A stretch of DNA of 64,000 bases from a virus: positions 1 to 64,000 of the IMG/VR virus record IMGVR_UViG_3300019762_000005; one strand, given 5' to 3'. Shown here in pieces: positions 48,545 through 57,221 of this stretch. The stretch's first letter is position 1, and each line of letters opens with the position of its first letter. Position numbers and translations under genes: made by a program. The notes under the pieces are model-generated. The model saw only the letters and a program-made list of their open reading frames with translations. It did no database searches and was not told where the DNA came from.

Positions 48545-48920
48545 AAGGAACTGAAACCCTTTCAGCCTTAATATTGAAATTACATAGTAATATGTAGAAC
48601 ACCTCCGATGTAATCCGTATGCGGAGCAAAGGTGTTGGGAGTCGGGAGCAAGGCTTAAAGGTCGTGATCCATCTATTCGTCGCGAAAACAAGTATTTAGT
48701 TACTGAGACAATAGGTGGATGCTAAGAAAAGGAACACCTCTGTAACGAAGACTAATTGAATCGCTATTATTAGTGAGAATATTACTTAGTAAGAACAAGT
48801 GTAGGTTTTTAATGTGCTGAAAATAGACAGGAATAATAGTCACCTGCGTAGCTATATTGTTACTACCGTCGTTTAATCGTCGTGAGTTTTAAACATATCA
48901 AACATTTGCGTGCACATTTT
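48545..48920 (+). ncRNA. Putative large structured RNA(s)
   Basis: ORF-free ~400 nt with many stems, e.g. AACACCT/AGGTGTT, ATCCATCTATT/AATAGGTGGAT, AATGTGC/GCACATT. Confidence 0.5.
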
Positions 48921-48950
48921 TAATTTTACAATTCAACAAAACAATATATT

Positions 48951-49145
48951 ATGTATCACATCAAGAGAGATGGAGCTTTATTCTGTCAAACAAAAAGAAA
49001 CAAATCTTTTATTAAAGCTAGGTATAACACAATCTCCTATAAAGATGCTCACAAGTTAAGACTTATGAATGGATGCTGTGGCGTATGCAAGAAAGTGTAT
49101 TTTGAGAAAGTCTCAAAAGAATTAATAGTTGTAGAAACAGAATAA
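48951..49145 (+). CDS. Small putative Zn-binding protein
   Basis: H..C..CxxC pattern. Confidence 0.6.
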   Translation: MYHIKRDGALFCQTKRNKSFIKARYNTISYKDAHKLRLMNGCCGVCKKVYFEKVSKELIVVETE

Positions 49146-49168
49146 TTTCTATATATTTGAAAACAATT

Positions 49169-49417
49169 ATGACAACAACAATAATCATATCTAAAATACT
49201 ATTTGTCGTATCCTTATGGGTTATAGCTGTTGTGGCAGATTACTTAAACAACTTAGACAATAGAGGTCTGAAACTAAAGAGGTCGCAGAACATACTCTAT
49301 ATATTCAAACAGCCGACACTAAGGTCTTGGATATATAAGATAGATCTGGGGTTTACACCTTGGATCGTTTACCATGATGGGTTAACATACGACCAGTGCA
49401 TTACTCTGAAGAGCTGA
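49169..49417 (+). CDS. Small membrane protein (likely start ATG 49169)
   Basis: N-terminal TM; TATATTTG element at 49152-49159 upstream. Confidence 0.55.
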   Translation: MTTTIIISKILFVVSLWVIAVVADYLNNLDNRGLKLKRSQNILYIFKQPTLRSWIYKIDLGFTPWIVYHDGLTYDQCITLKS

Positions 49418-49487
49418 GTGCTGTTGTAAAAAAGTATAAAAAAAAACGGGTAGGACTAAATCGCCCATGAAATAATATTGAAAACTA

Positions 49488-49527
49488 AAAAAAACCTCTT
49501 TGTATGATACGCAAAGAGGTTTTTTTT
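49488..49527 (+). terminator. Intrinsic (bidirectional) terminator
   Basis: AAAAAAACCTCTTTG-TATGATACG-CAAAGAGGTTTTTTT. Confidence 0.85.
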
Positions 49528-49545
49528 ATGCTTAAAAACAAGATT

Positions 49546-49947
49546 ATGAAAAGAAATAAAAAAGTAGTAATAGTTTGTGGTCCAGGAATATTATCTCACA
49601 TTAGAGAAGTAAATGCAGCTGCTAAAGTGAAAGCTCTATCGTCTAGCGATTTAAGAACGATAGATAGTAAACCAAGATTTGTAACTTCTTTAGCAGGTGC
49701 AAAACAACTAGAGGCGTGCCTTGAGAAAGAATTCAATAATACCCTTAGAATGCCTGCTGAACTACTAATAAAAGCTAATCCAGGAGCAATAGGTCCTAAT
49801 GTAAAATTGCTAGAACATTATGATAAAGCTAATTACTTTAGAGGAAAAGTTAGCAAGGTTAACTGTAAGAAAGAAGAAGCATCATTTGCTAAAGCAAGAA
49901 AGAAACGTAAAAAAACAAAAAAATGTCGAAAAAGGAAGAAAAAATAG
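49546..49947 (+). CDS. Basic hypothetical protein (likely start ATG 49546)
   Basis: Lys/Arg-rich C-terminus. Confidence 0.6.
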   Translation: MKRNKKVVIVCGPGILSHIREVNAAAKVKALSSSDLRTIDSKPRFVTSLAGAKQLEACLEKEFNNTLRMPAELLIKANPGAIGPNVKLLEHYDKANYFRGKVSKVNCKKEEASFAKARKKRKKTKKCRKRKKK

Positions 49948-50207
49948 AAATGCCAAAAAAGCATACAGATCTAGTTGGTACTAAGAGGATATTTTCTGGA
50001 GGTCTTTTTTCTAGCAATAGAGATGAGCCAGAAGCAGAATACGACATCTTAAAATGGAGATGGGGCAGTGCTAGTATATGTGACATGAAGACTATGAAGC
50101 TTAAGCATCCAACTATAGAATACCTCATCAAGAAGGAAGGAATGAAGCGTAGCAGATGGACCAGAGGTTTTCCTGTTATAGAGATAGAACTTATAGACGA
50201 ACATTAA
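49923..50207 (+). CDS. Hypothetical protein
   Basis: Co-oriented ORF. Confidence 0.6.
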   Translation: MSKKEEKIEMPKKHTDLVGTKRIFSGGLFSSNRDEPEAEYDILKWRWGSASICDMKTMKLKHPTIEYLIKKEGMKRSRWTRGFPVIEIELIDEH

Positions 50208-50219
50208 AATACTTTGATT

Positions 50220-50477
50220 ATGTCAGAAAAAACAATACCAGTATCAGTAAAAAGAGAACTGAAAACTTTAGGAGTTATGTATGGTGAATCTTTTTCTGCT
50301 ATAATGGAAAAGAAATGCACCTATATATACATAGAAGAGGATTTATCTAATCTGTCAAAATACGAGATTGATTTAATGTTTAACATTTACCCAGCTCTAT
50401 TAGACTACAGTTATATATCTAAAAAAATACAAAATGAGATCCAAGAAGCATTGGATTTTGTAAAAGACACATTATAA
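50220..50477 (+). CDS. Hypothetical protein
   Basis: Co-oriented ORF. Confidence 0.55.
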   Translation: MSEKTIPVSVKRELKTLGVMYGESFSAIMEKKCTYIYIEEDLSNLSKYEIDLMFNIYPALLDYSYISKKIQNEIQEALDFVKDTL

Positions 50478-50481
50478 TCAA

Positions 50482-50703
50482 GAGGGAATGACGGAATGGT
50501 AGACGTATAGCTTATCGGGCTAGAATGGAAAGGAGACGTGCTTAGGGTGCACAAGTCAGGTAAATACGAGTTACCTAAGACTTTCCAATAAGATTGATGA
50601 AAATATTAACGATTATCCGTACTAAGCTACCTGTTTACAGGATAGATAGCGTGCTGACTAACATCAATTATAATTCGTGCAGGTTCGATTCCTGCTTCCC
50701 TTA
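50482..50703 (+). ncRNA. tRNA-scaffold RNA with ~155-nt structured insertion (222 nt)
   Basis: Acceptor GAGGGAA/TTCCCTT, Leu-like D arm ACG-GAATGGTAGA-CGT, T arm GCAGG-TTCGATT-CCTGC; insert with two multibranch domains. Confidence 0.7.
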
Positions 50704-50722
50704 CTAAAACAACAACAACGAC

Positions 50723-50971
50723 ATGAAATTAGAGATTCATCCAGACGGAGAGTGGAATACAGAAAGATATGAATACAAAGGTAGAACTATAGAAATCAAA
50801 TCTAGGGATGACCACGGAATAAAGGCTCATTGTTACCACCAAGGTAAGGTAGTGTTTACCCAAAGATTTGTATTTATTAGACCAGCAAGACTTCTTAAGA
50901 GAATGGAAAGAAGAATTGACATGTGGATTAGTGGAGAATGGACTCCAAAGAAGTTACTAAAACAGAGATAA
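50723..50971 (+). CDS. Hypothetical protein
   Basis: A-rich leader, co-oriented. Confidence 0.6.
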   Translation: MKLEIHPDGEWNTERYEYKGRTIEIKSRDDHGIKAHCYHQGKVVFTQRFVFIRPARLLKRMERRIDMWISGEWTPKKLLKQR

Positions 50972-50972
50972 T

Positions 50973-51203
50973 ATGTGGAATGTAAAAAAAATAGAAGATT
51001 TGAACTTTGTTTTAATATCTAGTCACAATCAATGGTGTCATTTTAGAGGTCATGGATTTGATGTTCATGTAAATTTAAACACTAAAAACGGAAGTGGCAA
51101 TTACTTCAATTTCCATTCCTACAAATCAAATTTTAAAGGAAATTTTAAAGCTATAATAGAAACAGAAGAAGAATTCAAATCTTTGTTAAAAATGATACAA
51201 TAA
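50973..51203 (+). CDS. Hypothetical protein
   Basis: Co-oriented ORF. Confidence 0.55.
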   Translation: MWNVKKIEDLNFVLISSHNQWCHFRGHGFDVHVNLNTKNGSGNYFNFHSYKSNFKGNFKAIIETEEEFKSLLKMIQ

Positions 51204-51421
51204 TGAAATTCATATCAACATCAGAAAGCTTTCCAAAAAACAACAATGTAAAAAACGTGTTAGTCAAAACAATAACAGGTAGATACCTTGTTACTAGGTA
51301 TTCGACGTATAATAGGTTTTTTAAATTTGATCAATACGACGAACCAGAATTTTGGCAATCAGGAGGTAAAACTTTTAAAAAAGCAAGCATCGTATCTTGG
51401 TGCTATATAACAGAAGATTGA
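51203..51421 (+). CDS. Hypothetical protein (DUF551-like pattern)
   Basis: FISTSESFP..VLV..IVSW pattern. Confidence 0.55.
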   Translation: MKFISTSESFPKNNNVKNVLVKTITGRYLVTRYSTYNRFFKFDQYDEPEFWQSGGKTFKKASIVSWCYITED

Positions 51422-51442
51422 CATTTTAAAAACAACAACAAC

Positions 51443-51934
51443 ATGAAAACATTAAAAATATTATTAGTACTAGCAATTGGATTAATGATTCAATCTTGCT
51501 CAAAAGAAAAGAAACTTGAAAGACAAGTTGAAAAGAAAGGATGCCTTGGAGGCGGAGTAGTAGGCTACGTAGTAGACGAATGTACATTAACAATACCTAA
51601 TATCATATCTGTAAATGGAGATGGAGTTAACGAAATGTTTTCGATAACGGTTCACAACCTAAGTGAAGATGATACTATTATAGAGAGATTAATAATCACT
51701 CATAATGGAGGTGCGTTGATGGATAACAATACTAGAGTTTGGCAACCGATAAGAAGCATCGTGGATGAAGGTTTTTACACCTACAGATACAGAGGGTCTA
51801 TTAACGGAGAGACGTTTGATTTACAAGGAGATTTCACACTTGTAAAATACCAAAGAGCCATTAAGAAATGTGAACAGTGTATAACCGTATACGGAAACAG
51901 TATCGCTAATGATCCTGGATTAAGTTGTAAATAA
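51443..51934 (+). CDS. Lipoprotein with CHU_C / T9SS type-B CTD-like domain
   Basis: Lipobox MIQS-C; IPNIISVNGDGVNEMF..W..G.YTY..G.FTLVK. Confidence 0.75.
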   Translation: MKTLKILLVLAIGLMIQSCSKEKKLERQVEKKGCLGGGVVGYVVDECTLTIPNIISVNGDGVNEMFSITVHNLSEDDTIIERLIITHNGGALMDNNTRVWQPIRSIVDEGFYTYRYRGSINGETFDLQGDFTLVKYQRAIKKCEQCITVYGNSIANDPGLSCK

Positions 51935-51941
51935 CAATGTT

Positions 51942-53723
51942 ATGAAAATAGAAGATTTAAAACCTGGTCAATTTATCGCTATAGAAAGCTGCCCAGGAGG
52001 AGTTTACATGAGTCCAGATGGGAAAATATCAGGAAACAGCATTAAAGCTTTGTATGAAGACTTATATTTCACTTGTTCTCTTGAAGTAGATGAAGAAGAA
52101 GGAGACGAACCTCTAGGAGAAATAACAGTCCTTAATAACGATTCTTTAGAAGCTATACAATTGAAAGCTTGCATTGAAAAAGACAAATATGTTAGCCTAG
52201 AAGATGCTGCATTAGATTACGCTAGAAAACATTATCCTGTTGGAACTAAATTCAGTCCAGCTCACACCGACGATACTTACGATAAGGAAAATCAATGCAT
52301 AATCACAAGTGATGGTCAATTCCACTTAGAATACGGGGTTATTTGCAACTCTATTAATGGAGATTGTTGGACTAGCTTAGAAAATCCTAAGTATGGAAAT
52401 ACAACAAAGAATAGAAATGTATTCTATAAAGGAATATGGGCTAAAAAAGAACCAGCTAATGAAGAGAGAGCTCAGTCTATACGCAAACATCCGATAATTA
52501 AGAAAGGAATGTATATTGTTATTCTTGATGATGCTAAAGGGCTTATCCCAGGAAGACACGTTTATAGGCAAAAAAAAGACAACAGTAGAGTTTGTCCAGA
52601 ATTAGACATTATAGAAGGTAATAATAATGAAAGAATAAGTGTTAAACCTTGGAGATACGCTACTGAAGAAGAAATAAAACATTACGATGCTATAGGTAAA
52701 CCTTATGATGTTACAATGCCTAGAGCTGTAGTGGATTCAGTTTTAGGTAAGTTTACTGTTGGAAAATGGTATTCAAATCCAAAGAACAGGCACATGGATT
52801 ACGGAAGAGTTTCAAAAGCTGAAGTAAAGGGCTCTTCCCACAGATACAACACGATTCATTTTGACTCAATTGTAAAAGATGGAGTTCAGTCAGATTATAA
52901 AGGTACTCAAAGTAACCTTAATTTCGATAGAGAAATGAGAGAGATAGATTTTGATGATATTCCTATTAAGTCTAATAATGGACAAGAAGAGCTTATAGTT
53001 GGAAAATGGTATTATTACAATAAGTATTACATAAAATTCTTAAAAGTAGAAAGAGGGCTAGTAATATCAAGTGAGTCGATAGACGATAAAGGCTATCACA
53101 TATTTAAAGAAGAGCCTTATGGTCCTCTTGAGATGAATAAGGGACAGTATGAATCTGCAAACATGAGAGGTGTAGAAATATTACTACCATCTGGACATCC
53201 TGAAAAGAAAACTATAACTCTTAGAGAGCTTAAAGATGGGGAAACGTACTTCTTCGATTACGTAACCGGTAAGTACATAAATAAGATAACCGACAAGAGT
53301 CGTCATCTATGCACTTCAATAGAAGTTTGCGGAGATGAAGAAATTCCAAAGCTTAATACTGGATCTATGTACGGAACAGCACATATTAGAGTTGCAACAA
53401 AGGAGGAAAAGCATTGGATGAATCTTTGTATCAAAAAAAATAAAGGTATATCTTTGTCTGAAGCAAGGTTAGAAGATAAAAAGGATTTAGAGTTAGCTCT
53501 TGAAAAAGAAGAAGGTAAAAAGGAATATGAATTTCCTGGAAGAATAGAATTAAGAATAAGCAACAATAGCAACACAACGGTAAAAACAAAGAAAAGATCA
53601 GTACCGATTAGCGTATCTAAAAGCTTAGAGTTAAAAATAGAGGTACGTACACCTAAAAAAAGTACAGAATTATTAACTAATAAAAGAACCACCTCGTTAA
53701 AAATAAGAGGTAAAAACAATTGA
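51942..53723 (+). CDS. Mosaic multi-domain protein B (593 aa)
   Basis: Shares YP.GT.F...WA and KKG.YIV...WRYAT..EI..Y...GKPYDV modules with 46363..48141; VGKWY repeated. Confidence 0.75.
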   Translation: MKIEDLKPGQFIAIESCPGGVYMSPDGKISGNSIKALYEDLYFTCSLEVDEEEGDEPLGEITVLNNDSLEAIQLKACIEKDKYVSLEDAALDYARKHYPVGTKFSPAHTDDTYDKENQCIITSDGQFHLEYGVICNSINGDCWTSLENPKYGNTTKNRNVFYKGIWAKKEPANEERAQSIRKHPIIKKGMYIVILDDAKGLIPGRHVYRQKKDNSRVCPELDIIEGNNNERISVKPWRYATEEEIKHYDAIGKPYDVTMPRAVVDSVLGKFTVGKWYSNPKNRHMDYGRVSKAEVKGSSHRYNTIHFDSIVKDGVQSDYKGTQSNLNFDREMREIDFDDIPIKSNNGQEELIVGKWYYYNKYYIKFLKVERGLVISSESIDDKGYHIFKEEPYGPLEMNKGQYESANMRGVEILLPSGHPEKKTITLRELKDGETYFFDYVTGKYINKITDKSRHLCTSIEVCGDEEIPKLNTGSMYGTAHIRVATKEEKHWMNLCIKKNKGISLSEARLEDKKDLELALEKEEGKKEYEFPGRIELRISNNSNTTVKTKKRSVPISVSKSLELKIEVRTPKKSTELLTNKRTTSLKIRGKNN

Positions 53724-53725
53724 TT

Positions 53726-54166
53726 ATGTCAGAAAATGGAAATGCAGCAGTAGGATCAGAAAACACTAACCCAACTTTAGGAGCTTACGCTAGAGAAGTA
53801 TTAGCTGGACTTAACAAGAGTGATGCTGAAAAAGCTGCTGAAAGAGTAAACGTTTTAGTGGAGAACTACATCATTGAGACTGAAATGCAAATTTCAACTT
53901 TAAAAACTGGTAAACTTCCTCACTTAAACAATGAGATTAGAAGAGCTAAAGAAAGCATTAAAAATGCCAAAAAAGCTGAAGAAAAAGCTATGTTGGATAT
54001 TTTAGGGTCTTCAAGTTACGAAGATTTCATTGGAAGAGTGAATGAAAAGTCTTTAGCTATTGATGAAGCTAAGGAAAGAATAGAAGCGTTAGAAGCTAAG
54101 AAAGTTACTCACGAGGCTGAAATTGCTAAGTATGAGTCTATATTAGAAAAATTCAAAGCTGCTTAA
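53726..54166 (+). CDS. Coiled-coil partner protein B
   Basis: Paralog of 48143..48538. Confidence 0.7.
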   Translation: MSENGNAAVGSENTNPTLGAYAREVLAGLNKSDAEKAAERVNVLVENYIIETEMQISTLKTGKLPHLNNEIRRAKESIKNAKKAEEKAMLDILGSSSYEDFIGRVNEKSLAIDEAKERIEALEAKKVTHEAEIAKYESILEKFKAA

Positions 54167-54194
54167 TTGGGCTTGGAGTGTTAGTATAAAATGT

Positions 54195-54228
54195 AAATGG
54201 GAGCTGTATATCAGTTCCCATTTTTTTT
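54195..54228 (+). terminator. Intrinsic terminator
   Basis: AATGGGAGCTG-TATAT-CAGTTCCCATT plus T run. Confidence 0.8.
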
Positions 54229-54262
54229 ACCAATTCTGACACCCAAAAAAAAAGATAATATC

Positions 54263-54763
54263 ATGAGAACAATAGAAATGTATTGCGATGGAGGAGCGAG
54301 ACCTACCAATCCTGGAACAGCTGCTAACGCTTTTTGTGTTATAGAAAATGAAGAGTTGTTGGATAGTGATTCTGAATTTCACGAACACGCCACTAATAAC
54401 CAAATGGAACTTAAAGCTCCTATAAATGGGTTGAGGTTGATTGCTTCTATTTTTAAGCAGGAGCCTAAAGAGTCTATGCCTAAAAAGGTACTTATACATG
54501 TTGATTCTCAATATGTAAACAAAGGGATAAGCGAATGGATATTTGGATGGATAAAGAAAGGTTGGAAAACGGCCTCAAGAAAACCAGTCAAGAATAAAGA
54601 CTTATGGATTGATCTACTTAAAGCCTCTGAAAAAGTTCAGAAGATAGGGATAGAAGTAGAGTTTAAATGGGTAAAGGCCCACAATGGAAATAAATTTAAC
54701 GAAATGGTAGACTCAATGTGTACTGAATGCATAACTGTAAATACAAAAAAAAATGAGCAATAA
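54263..54763 (+). CDS. rnhA: Ribonuclease HI (likely start ATG 54263)
   Basis: YCDGG, TNNQMEL, DSQYV, WIKKGWK..PVKNKDLW, WVKAH..NEMVD. Confidence 0.93.
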   Translation: MRTIEMYCDGGARPTNPGTAANAFCVIENEELLDSDSEFHEHATNNQMELKAPINGLRLIASIFKQEPKESMPKKVLIHVDSQYVNKGISEWIFGWIKKGWKTASRKPVKNKDLWIDLLKASEKVQKIGIEVEFKWVKAHNGNKFNEMVDSMCTECITVNTKKNEQ

Positions 54764-55376
54764 AGAAATTTTGTCAGAAGAAGAAAGATTATTAACAATG
54801 TTATTAAACATCTTTCATAACAAAACCCCTTTCAAAAACTTATCAAAAAAAGTAGAGGAAGAAGGAATGAATAAGTACTATTCTGTAGTTCTAAACAAGA
54901 CTAATCTTTTAACTAAAGATTCAGATGGTTATATTTCTTGGTCTAATGAAGTTATACCTAATGTCGAGACAGCAAAAAAACTTCTTAAGATGAAGAAGAA
55001 ATATGCTTTAGAGCTTAGAGAAAACGAAAAAATAGCTAGAAAGAAAAGACGAGAAAAAGCTAAAAAGAGAGGTGTTTCTGCAGGTGCAAAAAAGGTTATT
55101 CAGAAAGCTAAAAAAGCTAAACAAGCAGGACAAGCTAAACCAACTCCTAAGCTTGAAAAGCCTGGGTTAACTCCTGAAACAAGAAAAGCTATAGCGGACT
55201 TAAAAGAGAAAATGAATGCTAATCATGAAGCTCCTTCTGCTCCTATAGAAGAGGAAGTAGAAGCTAAAAACGAAGTTGCATTTACTCATCCTCCAGTAGA
55301 GCCAGTTGAAGAAACTGTAATCCTTCCTCAAAAAAAGTCTCGATGGAAGAGATTCTTGGCTTGGATGAATCGGTAG
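54753..55376 (+). CDS. Hypothetical protein
   Basis: Basic middle, Pro/Glu-rich tail. Confidence 0.65.
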   Translation: MSNKEILSEEERLLTMLLNIFHNKTPFKNLSKKVEEEGMNKYYSVVLNKTNLLTKDSDGYISWSNEVIPNVETAKKLLKMKKKYALELRENEKIARKKRREKAKKRGVSAGAKKVIQKAKKAKQAGQAKPTPKLEKPGLTPETRKAIADLKEKMNANHEAPSAPIEEEVEAKNEVAFTHPPVEPVEETVILPQKKSRWKRFLAWMNR

Positions 55377-55401
55377 CTCTGCTATATTAATATTTTTACT
55401 G

Positions 55402-55764
55402 TTGACTATGAGCTCTTTTACAGCTCGTAGTCAAACAGTTGATTCTGTTTACAGTTATCTAGTAGAGATAGGTGTAAAACACCCTGAGATAGTACTAAGA
55501 CAATCAATTCAAGAGACTGGATGGTACAAGTGCAAGAATTGCTCTTTAAGTAGAAATAACATATTTGGGTTCTGGTATAAAAAGAAATACATAGAGTACT
55601 TAGATTGGAAAGATTGCTGTAGGTATTATTTGCGTTGGCAGAATAGACACTACAAAGGAGGAGATTATTACGTATTCTTAAAAGAAAGAGGATACGCATC
55701 TGACCCTAATTACGAATCGCTTGTAAAAGCACTAAAACCATTTAAAAATGATGAAAAGAATTAG
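55402..55764 (+). CDS. Glucosaminidase (GH73)-like muralytic protein
   Basis: HPEIVLRQSIQETGW, NNIFG, GYASDPNY motifs; start uncertain. Confidence 0.75.
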   Translation: MTMSSFTARSQTVDSVYSYLVEIGVKHPEIVLRQSIQETGWYKCKNCSLSRNNIFGFWYKKKYIEYLDWKDCCRYYLRWQNRHYKGGDYYVFLKERGYASDPNYESLVKALKPFKNDEKN

Positions 55765-56017
55765 GAGGTATTTTAGACCTCCAGTATCAGGATATTACCA
55801 AGACTTTACGTTTTGGGACTATATGAGTCAGTATTTGTTTCTGTACGTATTAATAGCGATAGGAATATCACTAATGCATATATTCGATATGGCTCACAAG
55901 TTAGGATTAACGTACTTTTTGTTAATCTGGGGATTTTTGTGGTTTTGTGGCGGAATATATACATGGAATCACGACTTTAAGAAACGTCAAGAAAAGGACA
56001 AATGGAAGAAGTTTTAG
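55748..56017 (+). CDS. 2-TM membrane protein
   Basis: Two hydrophobic helices. Confidence 0.6.
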   Translation: MMKRIRRYFRPPVSGYYQDFTFWDYMSQYLFLYVLIAIGISLMHIFDMAHKLGLTYFLLIWGFLWFCGGIYTWNHDFKKRQEKDKWKKF

Positions 56018-56406
56018 CAGTTTTTTTAATCGTAAAAGCAATATCTGTATTCCTGTTGATGTATTCAGCAGGATACAGTAAAGCTTGCATGGATATAGTT
56101 CAACACAAATACAGTAGAAGTATATTTAGCTTAAGAAATAATCCTGGTTATTACAATCCAAAAGAATCCTGGAAAAGAAAACACGAGAAGAAAAGTTGGT
56201 TGTATAAAACCGTACTTGTATGGACTACTGATTTTTGGCACAAAAAAGGAATGCATTACTCAGTGTCTCTTTCTCTTGGTTTTTTTCTGATAGGAACAGG
56301 ATTCAATGAAAATCCTATAGCAACTTTGATCGTGTTTTTAGCATGTCAATATTACTATAGGGTTGTTTTTGAATATAATTACTCAATAAAACTAATGATA
56401 AAATGA
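56002..56406 (+). CDS. Membrane protein
   Basis: TM segments, SWKRK..TDFWH motif. Confidence 0.65.
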   Translation: MEEVLAVFLIVKAISVFLLMYSAGYSKACMDIVQHKYSRSIFSLRNNPGYYNPKESWKRKHEKKSWLYKTVLVWTTDFWHKKGMHYSVSLSLGFFLIGTGFNENPIATLIVFLACQYYYRVVFEYNYSIKLMIK

Positions 56407-56804
56407 GCAAAAAAAAAACGAAAGAAGACGAAGAAAGAACGTATAATTACGTAAAACTAGCAATTGCTACTCAGGTTATAATAGAGATGCAAGCCGAATT
56501 AAGAAACACAAACGTCTTCAATGGTAAGGCTAAGAATGCAGCTCTAGTAATTAGAAAACAAGCTAGTCATGATATAGAGAAGGATATTATAGGTATATAC
56601 GAAAGAGATAGCGATACTGCTAATAGCTTAATATCTGGAATAGAAACTGTAGCATCTCAACTAGCTACTCTTGACGTAAAAAGAATAGCTAATATGTCTC
56701 TTATTATTAAGAGAATAGAAGATCAAAATTGTATGCTTATAGATAGAGGTTATTATGAAGAGCTCGAAAAGATAAAAGAAAAATACAATAAACTTAAGAA
56801 GTGA
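56403..56804 (+). CDS. Hypothetical helical protein
   Basis: Overlapping start/stop with neighbours. Confidence 0.65.
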   Translation: MSKKKTKEDEERTYNYVKLAIATQVIIEMQAELRNTNVFNGKAKNAALVIRKQASHDIEKDIIGIYERDSDTANSLISGIETVASQLATLDVKRIANMSLIIKRIEDQNCMLIDRGYYEELEKIKEKYNKLKK

Positions 56805-57220
56805 TGGGACTAGAAGAGATAATAGGGTCTAACGAGATACTAGAAGAGTCTTCAATGTTTACTTGCTGGTTAAATGAAGAGGAAGAGTACTGCATGCATG
56901 TAAGAGGGTTGACTATTACCGACTTTTCTACTGACGAAAAAGGAGTGTTTTCTGGAGATATTGTTGAGCTTTTTGGCAAGACAGAAGTAATTCTCAATAC
57001 AAATACTACTCAAAGCTTAAAATCATTAATGGATGAAGTTTGTGCCTCTATTCGCAATATTACTATTAAAGACGGAGGGACGGAAGGTATGTCTCTTGTA
57101 TTAGATGCAGATAATAGGTTAACTCAGTTTGAAAATTATCAAATCTACAGATTTAGAACAATAAAATCTATTCAAATTGTAGGTGACAATCAATTAGTGT
57201 TAACATCTTACAAATTATAA
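56801..57220 (+). CDS. Hypothetical acidic protein
   Basis: Overlapping start; directly upstream of polB. Confidence 0.6.
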   Translation: MMGLEEIIGSNEILEESSMFTCWLNEEEEYCMHVRGLTITDFSTDEKGVFSGDIVELFGKTEVILNTNTTQSLKSLMDEVCASIRNITIKDGGTEGMSLVLDADNRLTQFENYQIYRFRTIKSIQIVGDNQLVLTSYKL

Positions 57221-57221
57221 T

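Noticed and set aside
50482-50703. tmRNA or group I intron-containing tRNA
   Set aside because: Has a full D arm, lacks the G3-U70 alanine identity and a clear tag frame; I could not identify group I core elements and the insert is not in the anticodon loop.
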